Positions 1-9,208 of a DNA stretch of 64,000 nucleotides are shown here, in pieces. The position numbers and the translations under genes were made by a program. How positions within the stretch are numbered: the first letter of the stretch is position 1; every line of letters begins with the position of its first letter. The DNA comes from Clostridia bacterium (lineage in GTDB: Bacteria > Bacillota > Clostridia > RGIG6154), in the NCBI GenBank assembly GCA_045593265.1, contig JAZNWH010000129.1, positions 4,646 to 68,645 on the forward strand. The letters run 5' to 3'. A model generated the notes under the pieces. That model did no database searches. It saw nothing but the letters and a program-made list of their open reading frames with translations, and was not told the origin of the DNA.

Positions 1-459
1 TCTTAACATATTCTTATTTTCATTTTCACAAGAAAGCCGTGCTGAAAACTCACCTGACGGAACAATAACATTGCCTTTGAAAGAAATTTCTTTCTCGTTT
101 CCGAGTTTATCAATAACCTTTGCTGTTTTCCCATCAAACTCAATATAATCTGTGCTTTTAAGTTCGCAGTTAAAGGTAACAACATTGTCCTCTATCGAAA
201 CTGATGGATTAATTATAGTTTCATATACACAAGGAACTGCAACAACATCAGTCATTTTCACACCCGATATATCGCCGGAAGTCTGTACCTCTGCTTTTAT
301 AAATTTATCGTGCTCAAAACTAAATCTGTAAATTGCGTAATTCCATTCTGTTTCGTCAAAAGGAAGGTCAAATCTCTCACCTTTATCACTTTCACAAAGA
401 ACAAAATCACGCCATCCTTCAAAATCAGTTTCTATTATAAAATACCTCCGTGATAAAGA
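1..459 (-). pseudogene. Open frame without a canonical start at its 5' end, running off the window edge; probable C-terminal fragment of a larger hypothetical protein
   Basis: Hand translation YFIIETDFEGWRDFVLCESDKGERFDLPF...NKNMLR is stop-free from 459 to 1, with an in-frame TAA at 460-462. Not in the ORF track. Confidence 0.5.
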
Positions 460-566
460 TTAACCATATCATTAAAAAAGATTAAACTAGCCCAATGTGC
501 TCCACCTGCAACTGCAACTAATGCAAGCGCAACATACATAAAAACTGTTAATACTTTTCCTTTCAC
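435..566 (-). CDS. Small hydrophobic peptide (43 aa) or N-terminal gene fragment
   Basis: GTG start after AGAAGGA RBS; MKGKVLTVFMYVALALVAVAGGAHWASLIFFNDMVNLYHGGIL*. Confidence 0.45.
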   Translation of the reverse strand: MKGKVLTVFMYVALALVAVAGGAHWASLIFFNDMVNLYHGGIL

Positions 567-636
567 TGTTTTTCCTTCTTTCTAAAAATTTCAACACTAA
601 TTTGAATTTTAAAATTCCTGAACGGTTTTATTCTAA

Positions 637-775
637 TTATTATACCATAATTCCAAAGGAATTTGGTATAATTGTGCATGTGCGTTTCCGAACATAGTGA
701 GGAAAATTTCGTACGCACTTATTAAATCCTCGTGGAGCGTATAATAAACACATTTGTGTGTTTATTATACCATAA
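637..775. repeat. REP-like palindromic hairpin cluster
   Basis: ATTATACCA(T)AATTCC-AAA-GGAATTTGGTATAAT, GTGCGT...ACGCAC and TATAATAAACACA...TGTGTTTATTATA inverted repeats. Confidence 0.55.
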
Positions 776-835
776 AGCATCTATACAGTCAATTAAAGAA
801 TCTGTGTCGCAAGGTCAGTTTTTGCGCATTTTAAG

Positions 836-871
836 CAAAAACAAGCACTCTCTTTAAAGAGAGCGCTTGTC
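836..871 (-). terminator. Intrinsic terminator of the sugar ABC operon
   Basis: ACAAGCACTCTC-ttaa-GAGAGCGCTTGT stem with an A-run on its left (U-tail on the minus strand). Confidence 0.6.
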
Positions 872-899
872 GATCAAAAAAACGCAACGCTATTTAAAA

Positions 900-1949
900 T
901 TATCCCTGATATACCAAATTCTTTTCAATCATTTCGTCAACATTTGTTGCATCCCACCATGCACCTGCAATGTCAACCTTTTCTGTAATTTCGTTACCTT
1001 CCAATGCAAATACTGCCTGTTCAACTGCCTGATAACCAATCTGGAATGAATCCTGTGCAACTGCACCAACGAGTTTCGGACCTGTTGTCTTCTTCATCCA
1101 TTCGATCTGCTTTGTACCTGCGTCATAACCTGCAAATTTGATTTCATCATATTTTGTACCTGCAGCACCGATAGCATCGTAAACCTGTTTAACAACGCCC
1201 TCGTTGGACATAAAGATTGCTGATGCACCTTTTTCTGCAAGTGCCTCAAGGGCTGCCTTGTAAGCATTGTCAGCATCACCAGGCTTAACTTCTTTTTCAA
1301 TTTTATATTTACCTTTTGTTGAAGCATCTGCATCTGCAAGTTCACTGAACTTATCAATGAAGCCTGCTGCTCTGTCGATACCCGTCTGTGTTTCGTCGTG
1401 CTGGATAACACCTACAACATATTCATCTGCTGCTGCAATATCTTCTTTGATTGCAGCATAGAAGTTTTCAGCAACTGTACCTGCCGCCAAATAGTTGCTT
1501 GTAGCAACATGGGCTACCAATGGGTTTTTACCTGCTGCATCAAGAGCTGCAACGTCGTTTGCCCAAATACCGCTATCAAACTGAACTACAGGAATATTGC
1601 TATCTTTAGCCTGAGTCAAAAGGTCAACAAAGCCTTCGCCGATTGTTGCCAAAACGATTGCTGATGCGTTGTTAGAAAGTGCTGTCTGAACCATTTCCAT
1701 CTGTGAAGGAAGGTCTTTGGCTGATTCGCTTGCAGGGCCTCTGAATGTGATTTTATAACCATATTTTTCGCCTGCTGCTTCTGCGCCTGCTTTAACCGAC
1801 TGCCAGAATGCGTGAGATTCACCTTTTGCAACTACCGCAATTGTTTTATCAGCTGCGCCTGCACCTGTTTCTGTACCAGTTCCTCCGCAACCTGCAAGTA
1901 CGATTGCGAGCATTGTTACCACTAAAATAATTGATAATATTTTTTTCAT
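900..1949 (-). CDS. Sugar ABC transporter substrate-binding lipoprotein (RbsB/periplasmic binding protein family)
   Basis: Lipobox LAGC; AKGESHAFWQSVKAGAE motif; operon with permease and ATPase. Confidence 0.9.
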   Translation of the reverse strand: MKKILSIILVVTMLAIVLAGCGGTGTETGAGAADKTIAVVAKGESHAFWQSVKAGAEAAGEKYGYKITFRGPASESAKDLPSQMEMVQTALSNNASAIVLATIGEGFVDLLTQAKDSNIPVVQFDSGIWANDVAALDAAGKNPLVAHVATSNYLAAGTVAENFYAAIKEDIAAADEYVVGVIQHDETQTGIDRAAGFIDKFSELADADASTKGKYKIEKEVKPGDADNAYKAALEALAEKGASAIFMSNEGVVKQVYDAIGAAGTKYDEIKFAGYDAGTKQIEWMKKTTGPKLVGAVAQDSFQIGYQAVEQAVFALEGNEITEKVDIAGAWWDATNVDEMIEKNLVYQG

Positions 1950-2025
1950 AAAACATCCTCCTTTTATTAATTATTTCCTTCTAACAATGATTTAATAAGT
2001 GGTTTGCGTGCGTTTTTATATTTTT

Positions 2026-3060
2026 TTAAGCCTGAGACTTTTCTTTTTTTAATTTCTTTTCTTTTTTTACCTTGTTTGCGTTTTTGTTCTTGATAACATC
2101 CATTAAAACTGCAACTACTACAATGATGCCTGTCAGAACATATGTAACATAGGTTGAGTTAACGTTAAGATTGAACTTAGCAAGTACAAAGTTAAGTCCG
2201 CTTCTGATAACAACAAGCATAATCGCGCCAATTACGGAGCCCGCAATAGAAGCTGTACCGCCGGCAGCAGATGTTCCGCCGATGTACACGCCCGCTATGG
2301 CGTCAAGTTCCATACCGTTACCTGTTGCTGCTGCAACTGTTGTAAATGATGCTGCCCAGAAAATTGCTGCAATACCTGTGGCAATACCCGCAATTGTGTA
2401 AGCGATAATTTTATACTTATCTGTGTCGATACCTGAAAGTCTTGTCGCTTCTTCGTTACTTCCGATTGAAAGAATGTATCTTCCGATCTTGCATTTGTAC
2501 ATAAGGTACATACAAATCAGAGCAAAAAGCAACACCCAGATTAGTCCTACAGGAACTCCATTAAAGTTAGAAAATAACTTATTGAACCACGTTCCGCCCG
2601 GGAAAAAGATGTTAGGTATTGAAACTATAATGGCGCTAAGACCTCTTCCGAACATCATTGTACCAAGTGTAGCAATAAATGCAGGAATTTTAAGTTTTGC
2701 AACCAAAAGACCATTAATATAACCAACAAAGGCGCCTATTGCAATCATAATTGGAATTGTATATACCAAAGGCATACCATTCATATAGAATTTACCTGCA
2801 ATAACTGCAGCTGCAATACAAGTGGTACCAATTGAAAGGTCAATCCCGCCTGTTGCAATTACAAAGGTAACACCAAGTCCCATAATGGCATATGGAGCCA
2901 ATGACTGCGCCATGCTTACTATATTGTATTTCCCTAAAAAGTTAGGGTTTAACGCCCAGAATATGAGTACGAGAAGTGCCAGTGCACCTATTATAATCAT
3001 ATTCTGCATACTTTTTTTAACTATTGAAGCAAATGTATTTGAATTTTTCATATATTTCAC
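2026..3060 (-). CDS. Sugar ABC transporter permease (RbsC-like)
   Basis: GGIDLSIG, IGSNEEATRLSGI, ELDAIAGVYIGGTS motifs. Confidence 0.92.
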   Translation of the reverse strand: MKYMKNSNTFASIVKKSMQNMIIIGALALLVLIFWALNPNFLGKYNIVSMAQSLAPYAIMGLGVTFVIATGGIDLSIGTTCIAAAVIAGKFYMNGMPLVYTIPIMIAIGAFVGYINGLLVAKLKIPAFIATLGTMMFGRGLSAIIVSIPNIFFPGGTWFNKLFSNFNGVPVGLIWVLLFALICMYLMYKCKIGRYILSIGSNEEATRLSGIDTDKYKIIAYTIAGIATGIAAIFWAASFTTVAAATGNGMELDAIAGVYIGGTSAAGGTASIAGSVIGAIMLVVIRSGLNFVLAKFNLNVNSTYVTYVLTGIIVVVAVLMDVIKNKNANKVKKEKKLKKEKSQA

Positions 3061-3084
3061 TATCTCCTCTCGTTTAGCAATTGC

Positions 3085-4581
3085 TTATTCTCTCATTGTA
3101 GCATAAGCCATGATTTTTTCCTGAGTTGCATCTTTAATGTCAATTTCGCCTGTTATACGCCCTTCACACATTACTACAACTCTGTCGCTTAATCTCTGGA
3201 TTTCCGCCAGTTCTGATGAAATCATAATGACTGACTTTCCTAAAGATGCAAGTTCTTCCATAAGAGTATACATTTCGCTCTTTGCTCCAATATCAATACC
3301 TCTTGTAGGTTCATCAAAGATAAATATATCGGAATTTTTAAGAAGCCATCTTGCAATAATAACTTTCTGCTGATTTCCACCCGAAAGATTTTTAAGCAAC
3401 TGCTTCATCGAAGGTGTTTTTGTTTTAAGTTTTGCATTTGCTTCTTCTGCGTCTGACTCTATAATACTGTCTTTAATCCAGCCCAGTTTGATATAATTAT
3501 CAAGCGATGCAAGAACCGAATTCTCTGCGACTGACTTATCAAGCATAAGACCGTATCTTTTCCTGTCTTCTGAAAGATAACAAATACCTTTTTTAACTGC
3601 ATCTGATGGTGTTTTTATTTTAATTTTTTCACCGTTTATAAAGATTTCTCCGCTATCAATAGGATCCGCTCCATATATCGCACGGGCAACCTCTGTTCTT
3701 CCTGCGCCCATAAGCCCTGAAAAACCGAGGATTTCGCCTTTTCTCAATTTGAAACTTACATCTTTTATTTCTTTGCCCTTGTTTAAGTTTCTGACTTCTA
3801 AAACAACCTCTGCATTTTCCGGAACGTTACTATGCTCTTTTTTATCGCCATAAATAACTCTTCCTACCATCATTTTAACGATTTCGTCTTTGGTTGTATC
3901 TTTTGTTATGAGCGTACCTACGTATTCACCATCGCGCATTACTGTTATTCGATCTGAAATTCTGTTGATTTCATCCATACGATGCGAGATGTATATCATT
4001 CCGATACCTTTTGCTTTAAGATCATTCATGATGTTGAACAATTCCTCAACTTCAACCTGAGTAAGCGCGGCTGTCGGTTCGTCAAGAATAAGTATTTTAC
4101 AGTCTCTTGAAATTGCCTTTGCAATTTCAACCATCTGCTGTTTTCCTACTGTAAGTGTACCAAGCACTGCAGAAGGGTCAATTTTTACACCTATTCTGTC
4201 AAAAAGTGCCCCGGCATCCTCTTCCATTTTCTTGTCGTCTATGTATACGCCGTTTATCATAGGCTCTCTGCCTATGTATATATTTTGTGCAACTGTCAGA
4301 TGATTCATCATGTTAAGCTCCTGATGAATAATGCTGATGCCTGCTTCCTGAGAATCCTTAATTGTATTGAAATTAACTTCCTGCCCGAACAGAAAAACTT
4401 CGCCGCCATCTCGCTTGTGAATTCCGCACAGAACCTTCATAAGTGTTGATTTCCCTGCTCCGTTTTCTCCCATAAGAGCATGAACTTCACCTTCTTTGAG
4501 TTCCATATTTACGGATTTCAAAGCATGGACTCCCGAAAATCTTTTGTCAATGTTTTTCATTTCAAGAATAATCTGATCCAT
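3085..4581 (-). CDS. Sugar ABC transporter ATP-binding protein with two NBDs (RbsA/MglA-like)
   Basis: GENGAGKST, LSGGNQQK, DEPTRGIDIGAK. Confidence 0.95.
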   Translation of the reverse strand: MDQIILEMKNIDKRFSGVHALKSVNMELKEGEVHALMGENGAGKSTLMKVLCGIHKRDGGEVFLFGQEVNFNTIKDSQEAGISIIHQELNMMNHLTVAQNIYIGREPMINGVYIDDKKMEEDAGALFDRIGVKIDPSAVLGTLTVGKQQMVEIAKAISRDCKILILDEPTAALTQVEVEELFNIMNDLKAKGIGMIYISHRMDEINRISDRITVMRDGEYVGTLITKDTTKDEIVKMMVGRVIYGDKKEHSNVPENAEVVLEVRNLNKGKEIKDVSFKLRKGEILGFSGLMGAGRTEVARAIYGADPIDSGEIFINGEKIKIKTPSDAVKKGICYLSEDRKRYGLMLDKSVAENSVLASLDNYIKLGWIKDSIIESDAEEANAKLKTKTPSMKQLLKNLSGGNQQKVIIARWLLKNSDIFIFDEPTRGIDIGAKSEMYTLMEELASLGKSVIMISSELAEIQRLSDRVVVMCEGRITGEIDIKDATQEKIMAYATMRE

Positions 4582-4642
4582 TTTCTTTCCCCGTTCCTTA
4601 TATATTTTTGTTTCCTTTAAATCTCCTTTCCTCTATGATTTC

Positions 4643-4671
4643 ATACTATCATATTGCAATATATTTGTCAA
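4643..4671 (-). promoter_or_regulatory. Sigma-A-type promoter of the sugar ABC operon with a palindrome in the spacer
   Basis: TTGACA-17 nt-TAGTAT with extended TG; ATATTGCAATAT palindrome at 4651-4662. Confidence 0.65.
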
Positions 4672-4766
4672 TCTTTTTTGTGTTTTTACCAAGAAATATG
4701 ACACGAAGTTTTTATTTTTGTAAAATATCACAACTTTTCTTTCAATGTTTTCAGTTAAAAAACAGC

Positions 4767-5300
4767 TTATAGCGTATCTTCTTTAGTTTTAAATCTCAAT
4801 ATAGAGATAAGAGCTGAAGCCATATTGAACACCTCTGCCAATATCCCGCCTATTGTGAAATTGAAGATATTATGTATCAACCAAGATGGAGAAAGCGTCG
4901 CAATCTGGAAATATCTTATTAGCTTTCCATTTTCTTTCCACATAAGCACGCTCATTATCAAAAGCGAGATATACGGCAGGGTTGTCAAAATAATCTGTAA
5001 TATATCATCTTTCACCAAAATCAATGAATAAATATATGCCGCCGTAAACATCAGTTCCACAGTCAACGGTTTCCATACTTTTCCGTCTTTTTTCATATAT
5101 AAAAGCCCTCTTATTAGAACGGTTAGGTTAAACAATGCAGCGCCATATGCACCGATCAGAAGAAAGTTGATAAAAAACATCATTCCCCCTATACCTTGTA
5201 CAAAAACAAGTTTTTTGCTGCTTTTGCATTGAAAGGATAAAACAAACATCAAAAGTCCGAATATACCGAATATCTGTCCTATAATTTCTTTAATTCCCAT
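4767..5300 (-). CDS. YgjV-family inner membrane protein
   Basis: Multi-TM; SFQCKS and SPSWLIHNIFNFTIGGIL pattern. Confidence 0.75.
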   Translation of the reverse strand: MGIKEIIGQIFGIFGLLMFVLSFQCKSSKKLVFVQGIGGMMFFINFLLIGAYGAALFNLTVLIRGLLYMKKDGKVWKPLTVELMFTAAYIYSLILVKDDILQIILTTLPYISLLIMSVLMWKENGKLIRYFQIATLSPSWLIHNIFNFTIGGILAEVFNMASALISILRFKTKEDTL

Positions 5301-5511
5301 TTTTACACCTCATTTTTATATTTATAATTTGGGGCCAGCAATGTTATGCTTTCTCCCTTTTAAACTTTGTATGACCACCCGCTATTTCTGTACAAATTTC
5401 AATATTCTCCGCTATACACGGGACATACGGTTTAGTTGCAGCCAATTTTTAAGTGAAGCTCGTGTCAAGCCAGAACTAAAAAATATTATATCAGCATATG
5501 ATTTAGGTATA

Positions 5512-6549
5512 TTAAATTCCCAAACTGATAGCACCGTATAAATGTTCTGCATAACTTTCAAATCCTTCATCATTCGGATGAAGTCTTAAGTCTGCATAAT
5601 ATTTTTCATCTTTAGGAACAAAATCAAATCCAGAAATCACAGTAATATTTTCAATGCCTTTTACACACTCTCTGATTGTCTTTTCAACATCTTCAAAAGC
5701 ACCAAATACTCTCTCTTCATTCATATCTTTTCTCCAAATTGGTGTAATTGCAAATATTTTAGACTCAGGGTAATTCTTTATTAAATTTTCATAGAAATCC
5801 TTGCATTTTTCTTTGAAAGTACACATCGCTATGCCGCTCCAATCATTCGTGCCATAAGCAACCGTTATATAATCCGGCACAAAGGCATCTTTTAACTTTG
5901 CAAGTTCAGGGAAAAAGCGTTCGCCTCCTATCGCTTTATTAAATTCTTCGGCACCAATTTTATCTGCAAACTTGGAAATATAGCGATTGGAAGGACGCAA
6001 TGCATCATACCCATGCGTTATTGAATCACCATATGCTAGCAATTTCTTTTTAGGCTTTACTCCCTTGACAAAAGCAGTATCGTCGATAGAAATCTCTTCG
6101 ATTAATGTTTTAACCGACCACGGAAGATGAACGCATACAGTTTTTTCACCTTCACCCAATTGAAACTTTTTTGAAAAATCACCCAAAGGAAATTCCATCT
6201 GTGTATAATTTTGTGGTAACTCAATATTAGAAAAATTATCAATATAACCTATAGGCTTTCCATCCACAAAAATATCAACTGAAAAATATTTTCGCGAAGA
6301 CGAAATCATTGTTTTTAACTTTAGGAATAAAGTTTTGCTATCCGTTTTAAATGAAAATTTAATTCCTGCTGTAGAAAAAGTCTTATTATAAAAGCCCTGA
6401 TTTGTTACTTTATACAACTCTTCCTGCTCCTGTGTAAACCGTTTCAATGAGATCATTCCATCTTCTTCCTTAACAAGAACTGCTCCCGTTGTAATTTGTT
6501 TAATTTGATTAAAACTTAATTTCATAATATCACCTTTTTCTTTCGACAT
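5512..6549 (-). CDS. SGNH/GDSL hydrolase family protein (start probably 6525)
   Basis: GDSITHG, YGTND, DLRLHPND motifs. Confidence 0.85.
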   Translation of the reverse strand: MSKEKGDIMKLSFNQIKQITTGAVLVKEEDGMISLKRFTQEQEELYKVTNQGFYNKTFSTAGIKFSFKTDSKTLFLKLKTMISSSRKYFSVDIFVDGKPIGYIDNFSNIELPQNYTQMEFPLGDFSKKFQLGEGEKTVCVHLPWSVKTLIEEISIDDTAFVKGVKPKKKLLAYGDSITHGYDALRPSNRYISKFADKIGAEEFNKAIGGERFFPELAKLKDAFVPDYITVAYGTNDWSGIAMCTFKEKCKDFYENLIKNYPESKIFAITPIWRKDMNEERVFGAFEDVEKTIRECVKGIENITVISGFDFVPKDEKYYADLRLHPNDEGFESYAEHLYGAISLGI

Positions 6550-6647
6550 TATTAGACATATTCATATTGCGAGGCATAAGGTTTGGATGCAGTCAATTTT
6601 CAATGCCAGTTCGTATCAAGTCAGGGACAAAAAAATATGTTTTTTCA

Positions 6648-6694
6648 AAGGCTTCCCCTTGAGGGGAAGCTGTCACGAAGTGACTGATGAGGTG
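6648..6694 (+). repeat. REP-like element, left copy
   Basis: GCTTCCCC-TTGA-GGGGAAGC hairpin + GTCAC-GAA-GTGAC hairpin + GATGAGGTG. Confidence 0.75.
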
Positions 6695-7216
6695 TTAATA
6701 TTCTAAATCAACATTTACACTATATTTATCATCAATAAGTATATAATGAACATTGTGTTTTTCTGCCAGTTCCAAAATCAAACTGTTTTCCTCAATAGCA
6801 CTTTCCATTGTGTAATCTTCATCGTTCAAACGATTTTCAATCACACGCGCGTACTTTGTTATATCTTTATAATGATTCTTGATATAGTTTTCGCTCATTA
6901 CAAGACAGTAATATTTGATATTTTTTAGATAGTCATTTTCAAAATCTTTTTCCCAATCAAAAGGAATATAACATCCCTCTACAATCAAATTTTGATTATT
7001 TTCTATAGCAGTTTTAATTATTTCACGGACAATAGGCCATAAATACTTTGTGAGTTCTACATCCTCACTCATAGGCGTAAGGTCAGTTTGTTTGCTACGA
7101 ATCAATCCCATTTTCAAATGGTCTATTGACAGATAAGGATATTTATATTTTTCAAGTAATTTCTGTGCCAAAACAGTTTTACCTGTATGTGATGCACCTG
7201 TAATTAATATTATCAT
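6695..7216 (-). CDS. P-loop kinase/AAA-family protein (2-phosphoglycerate kinase/adenylate kinase-like)
   Basis: ITGASHTGKT Walker A; LIVEG. Confidence 0.8.
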   Translation of the reverse strand: MIILITGASHTGKTVLAQKLLEKYKYPYLSIDHLKMGLIRSKQTDLTPMSEDVELTKYLWPIVREIIKTAIENNQNLIVEGCYIPFDWEKDFENDYLKNIKYYCLVMSENYIKNHYKDITKYARVIENRLNDEDYTMESAIEENSLILELAEKHNVHYILIDDKYSVNVDLEY

Positions 7217-7221
7217 TTCTT

Positions 7222-7272
7222 CACCTCATCCGTCAGCTATCGCTGACACCTTCCCCTCAAGGGGAAGGCTTT
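7222..7272 (-). repeat. REP-like element, right copy (inverted relative to the left copy)
   Basis: Reverse complement reads CCTTCCCCTTGAGGGGAAGGTGTCAGCGATAGCTGACGGATGAGGTG. Confidence 0.75.
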
Positions 7273-7359
7273 TTTGTCACTTGTATATCAAACTCTATGA
7301 TTTTGTCAAGTTAGGGACAAAATTTTTGTCAATAGGCAAACTAAAGTTTGCTCAATATT

Positions 7360-7674
7360 TTTACTTCGTAAAATCGATATGTTTTCCCTTCGGTCAAACT
7401 TGATATGATATGAATTCTCGTTGCGTCAGCAACATATCGAGCCGTCAGGCATATCGAGTGCGAAGCACATATCGAGAATTCGCAAGAATTCATATCGCTG
7501 CGGTGCTGTGCACCGCATATAAAGACTGTTTAATTTAGATGCCAGTCTATTTAAATGAATTGACAATCTTGTTGTCATAAATTGGCTTCGCCATGATTTC
7601 TTGCTTCGCTCCATGAATTGAATTACCTTTTTAATGCACGAAGTGCAATTCATTGAGTTTACTTTGCAAACTCA
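7360..7674. repeat. Arrays of short hairpins joined by conserved linkers (ATATCGA; ATGAATTG)
   Basis: Five consecutive hairpins at 7420-7517 separated by ATATCG(A); a second array at 7555-7655. Confidence 0.75.
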
Positions 7675-8465
7675 TTATATAATACTTTAGAAATCGTGTC
7701 AACAAAAAGAACCAAAGCCGAATTACCCGACTTTAGTTCTGAATTTTTTAAAGTTTCAAAATATTCTATTATTCCCTGATACAAAGCATCGGCAATTTTC
7801 AACTGATATTCTTTAGTTTTCAGTAACTGCGATTCTTCATAATTGGACAAAAAGCCACATTCGGCAATTACTCCCGGTATATTAAGATTCTCAAATAAAA
7901 GCTTTTTAGAATCAAGTTTCTTTGCAAATCTGTTATTGGAATTATCCACATTCTCTATAACGGATTTTTGCAAAGTTTCCGCCAACACTTTACTTTCAGG
8001 AAATGTTTCGTTATAAAACATTTGTGCTCCCTTATACTGAGACTGTGAAAAATAGTTAAGATGTATGCTGATTAACAAATCGGCATCTGAATTATTAGCA
8101 ATATTTCTTCTGTTTATTAAATCTGAACGTTTTTTATTTTTCACAGAATCATTGTCATTGCTATGTAAAGATACGTCTTTTTCACGGGTCATAATTACCT
8201 TTGCCCCTGATTTTCCAAGTGCATTCTCAAGGTATTTTGCGATAGACAGATTTATATTTTTTTCTACAGTACCATCCTTTGCTACTGCTCCCCCATCAAG
8301 TCCGCCATGTCCTGCATCAATAACTATAGTTTTACCGTTAAGAGGCAAGGTTGCACTGTAGGTTTCATTACAAATAAGGCTTGTGGATATAAAAATGGTA
8401 CAAAGCAACATAAACGCTGACAGTATATATACATAATTAAATTTGATATAAATAATAATCACCAT
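7659..8465 (-). CDS. N-acetylmuramoyl-L-alanine amidase (Amidase_3, CwlD-like)
   Basis: IDAGHGG, EKNINL, SIHLN, AECGFLSN; N-terminal TM segment. Confidence 0.85.
   Translation of the reverse strand: MVIIIYIKFNYVYILSAFMLLCTIFISTSLICNETYSATLPLNGKTIVIDAGHGGLDGGAVAKDGTVEKNINLSIAKYLENALGKSGAKVIMTREKDVSLHSNDNDSVKNKKRSDLINRRNIANNSDADLLISIHLNYFSQSQYKGAQMFYNETFPESKVLAETLQKSVIENVDNSNNRFAKKLDSKKLLFENLNIPGVIAECGFLSNYEESQLLKTKEYQLKIADALYQGIIEYFETLKNSELKSGNSALVLFVDTISKVLYNEFAK
7674..7702 (-). promoter_or_regulatory. Consensus sigma-A promoter within the 3' end of the amidase ORF
   Basis: TTGACA-17 nt-TATAAT. Confidence 0.65.
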
Positions 8466-8498
8466 TTAATTATATATTGCTTAAAAAGATAATATTAC

Positions 8499-9176
8499 TT
8501 ATTTATTAATCATCTTATTGATTTCCTGCATTTTTAAATCAGTCTGTGATATAACTTCCGCACACTTTTTTAATTCAGCAGCAACATAATCTGCATTTTT
8601 TATTTCGTGCTTATATTTCATACTGTGTTCAAGGCTTGCCCAGAAATCCATTGCAATAGTTCTTAATTGCACCTCAACTTTTATATTCTGTTTTCTTTTA
8701 GCAAAAAAGACAGGAACTTCAACAATCATATGATAACTTCTGTATCCGTTATCCTTAGGATTTTTTATATAATCCTTAACCTTAAGTAGTTTAATATCAT
8801 CCTGAGATACAAGCATTTGCGCTACTTCATATATATCCTCAACAAAGGAACATATTACTCTTATGCCTGCTACGTCATTTATATTTTCCAAAATAGACTC
8901 CATAGATAACTCGAGATTCTTTCTTTCAAGCTTTTGAAAAATGCTTTCAGGAGATTTAACTCTTGACTTTATCATTTCTATAGGATTTCGCTGAAATGTA
9001 ACTGACAAATCAGCGTTAAGAACCTCAAATTTAGTTCTCACTTCCTTGATAGCACAATTATACATCATCATATATTCTTTAAAATCGTTGAATTTTTCAA
9101 TAAAATTATCATCAATCTTTGGAAATTCCTTCGATTGAGGAAACACTTTTTCAAGTTCGTTATCCATAAATATCAC
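8499..9176 (-). CDS. Small alarmone synthetase / GTP pyrophosphokinase family (RelQ/RelP-like)
   Basis: SRVKS, DVAGIRVIC, KDNGYRSYH, EVQLRTIAMDFWASLEH. Confidence 0.9.
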   Translation of the reverse strand: MIFMDNELEKVFPQSKEFPKIDDNFIEKFNDFKEYMMMYNCAIKEVRTKFEVLNADLSVTFQRNPIEMIKSRVKSPESIFQKLERKNLELSMESILENINDVAGIRVICSFVEDIYEVAQMLVSQDDIKLLKVKDYIKNPKDNGYRSYHMIVEVPVFFAKRKQNIKVEVQLRTIAMDFWASLEHSMKYKHEIKNADYVAAELKKCAEVISQTDLKMQEINKMINK

Positions 9177-9208
9177 CTATATACGCTTCTTATTTCCCTT
9201 TATTGTTT

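Noticed and set aside
5329-5541. 70-aa ORF on the + strand
   Set aside because: No RBS or motif; antisense to the flanking genes and overlaps one.
7420-7517. Mini-CRISPR (constant 7-bp linker with variable inserts)
   Set aside because: The repeat is far too short, and the inserts are 10-19-bp self-complementary hairpins rather than spacers.
7426-7653. 75-aa ORF
   Set aside because: It lies wholly within the hairpin arrays, has no RBS and has no recognisable motif.
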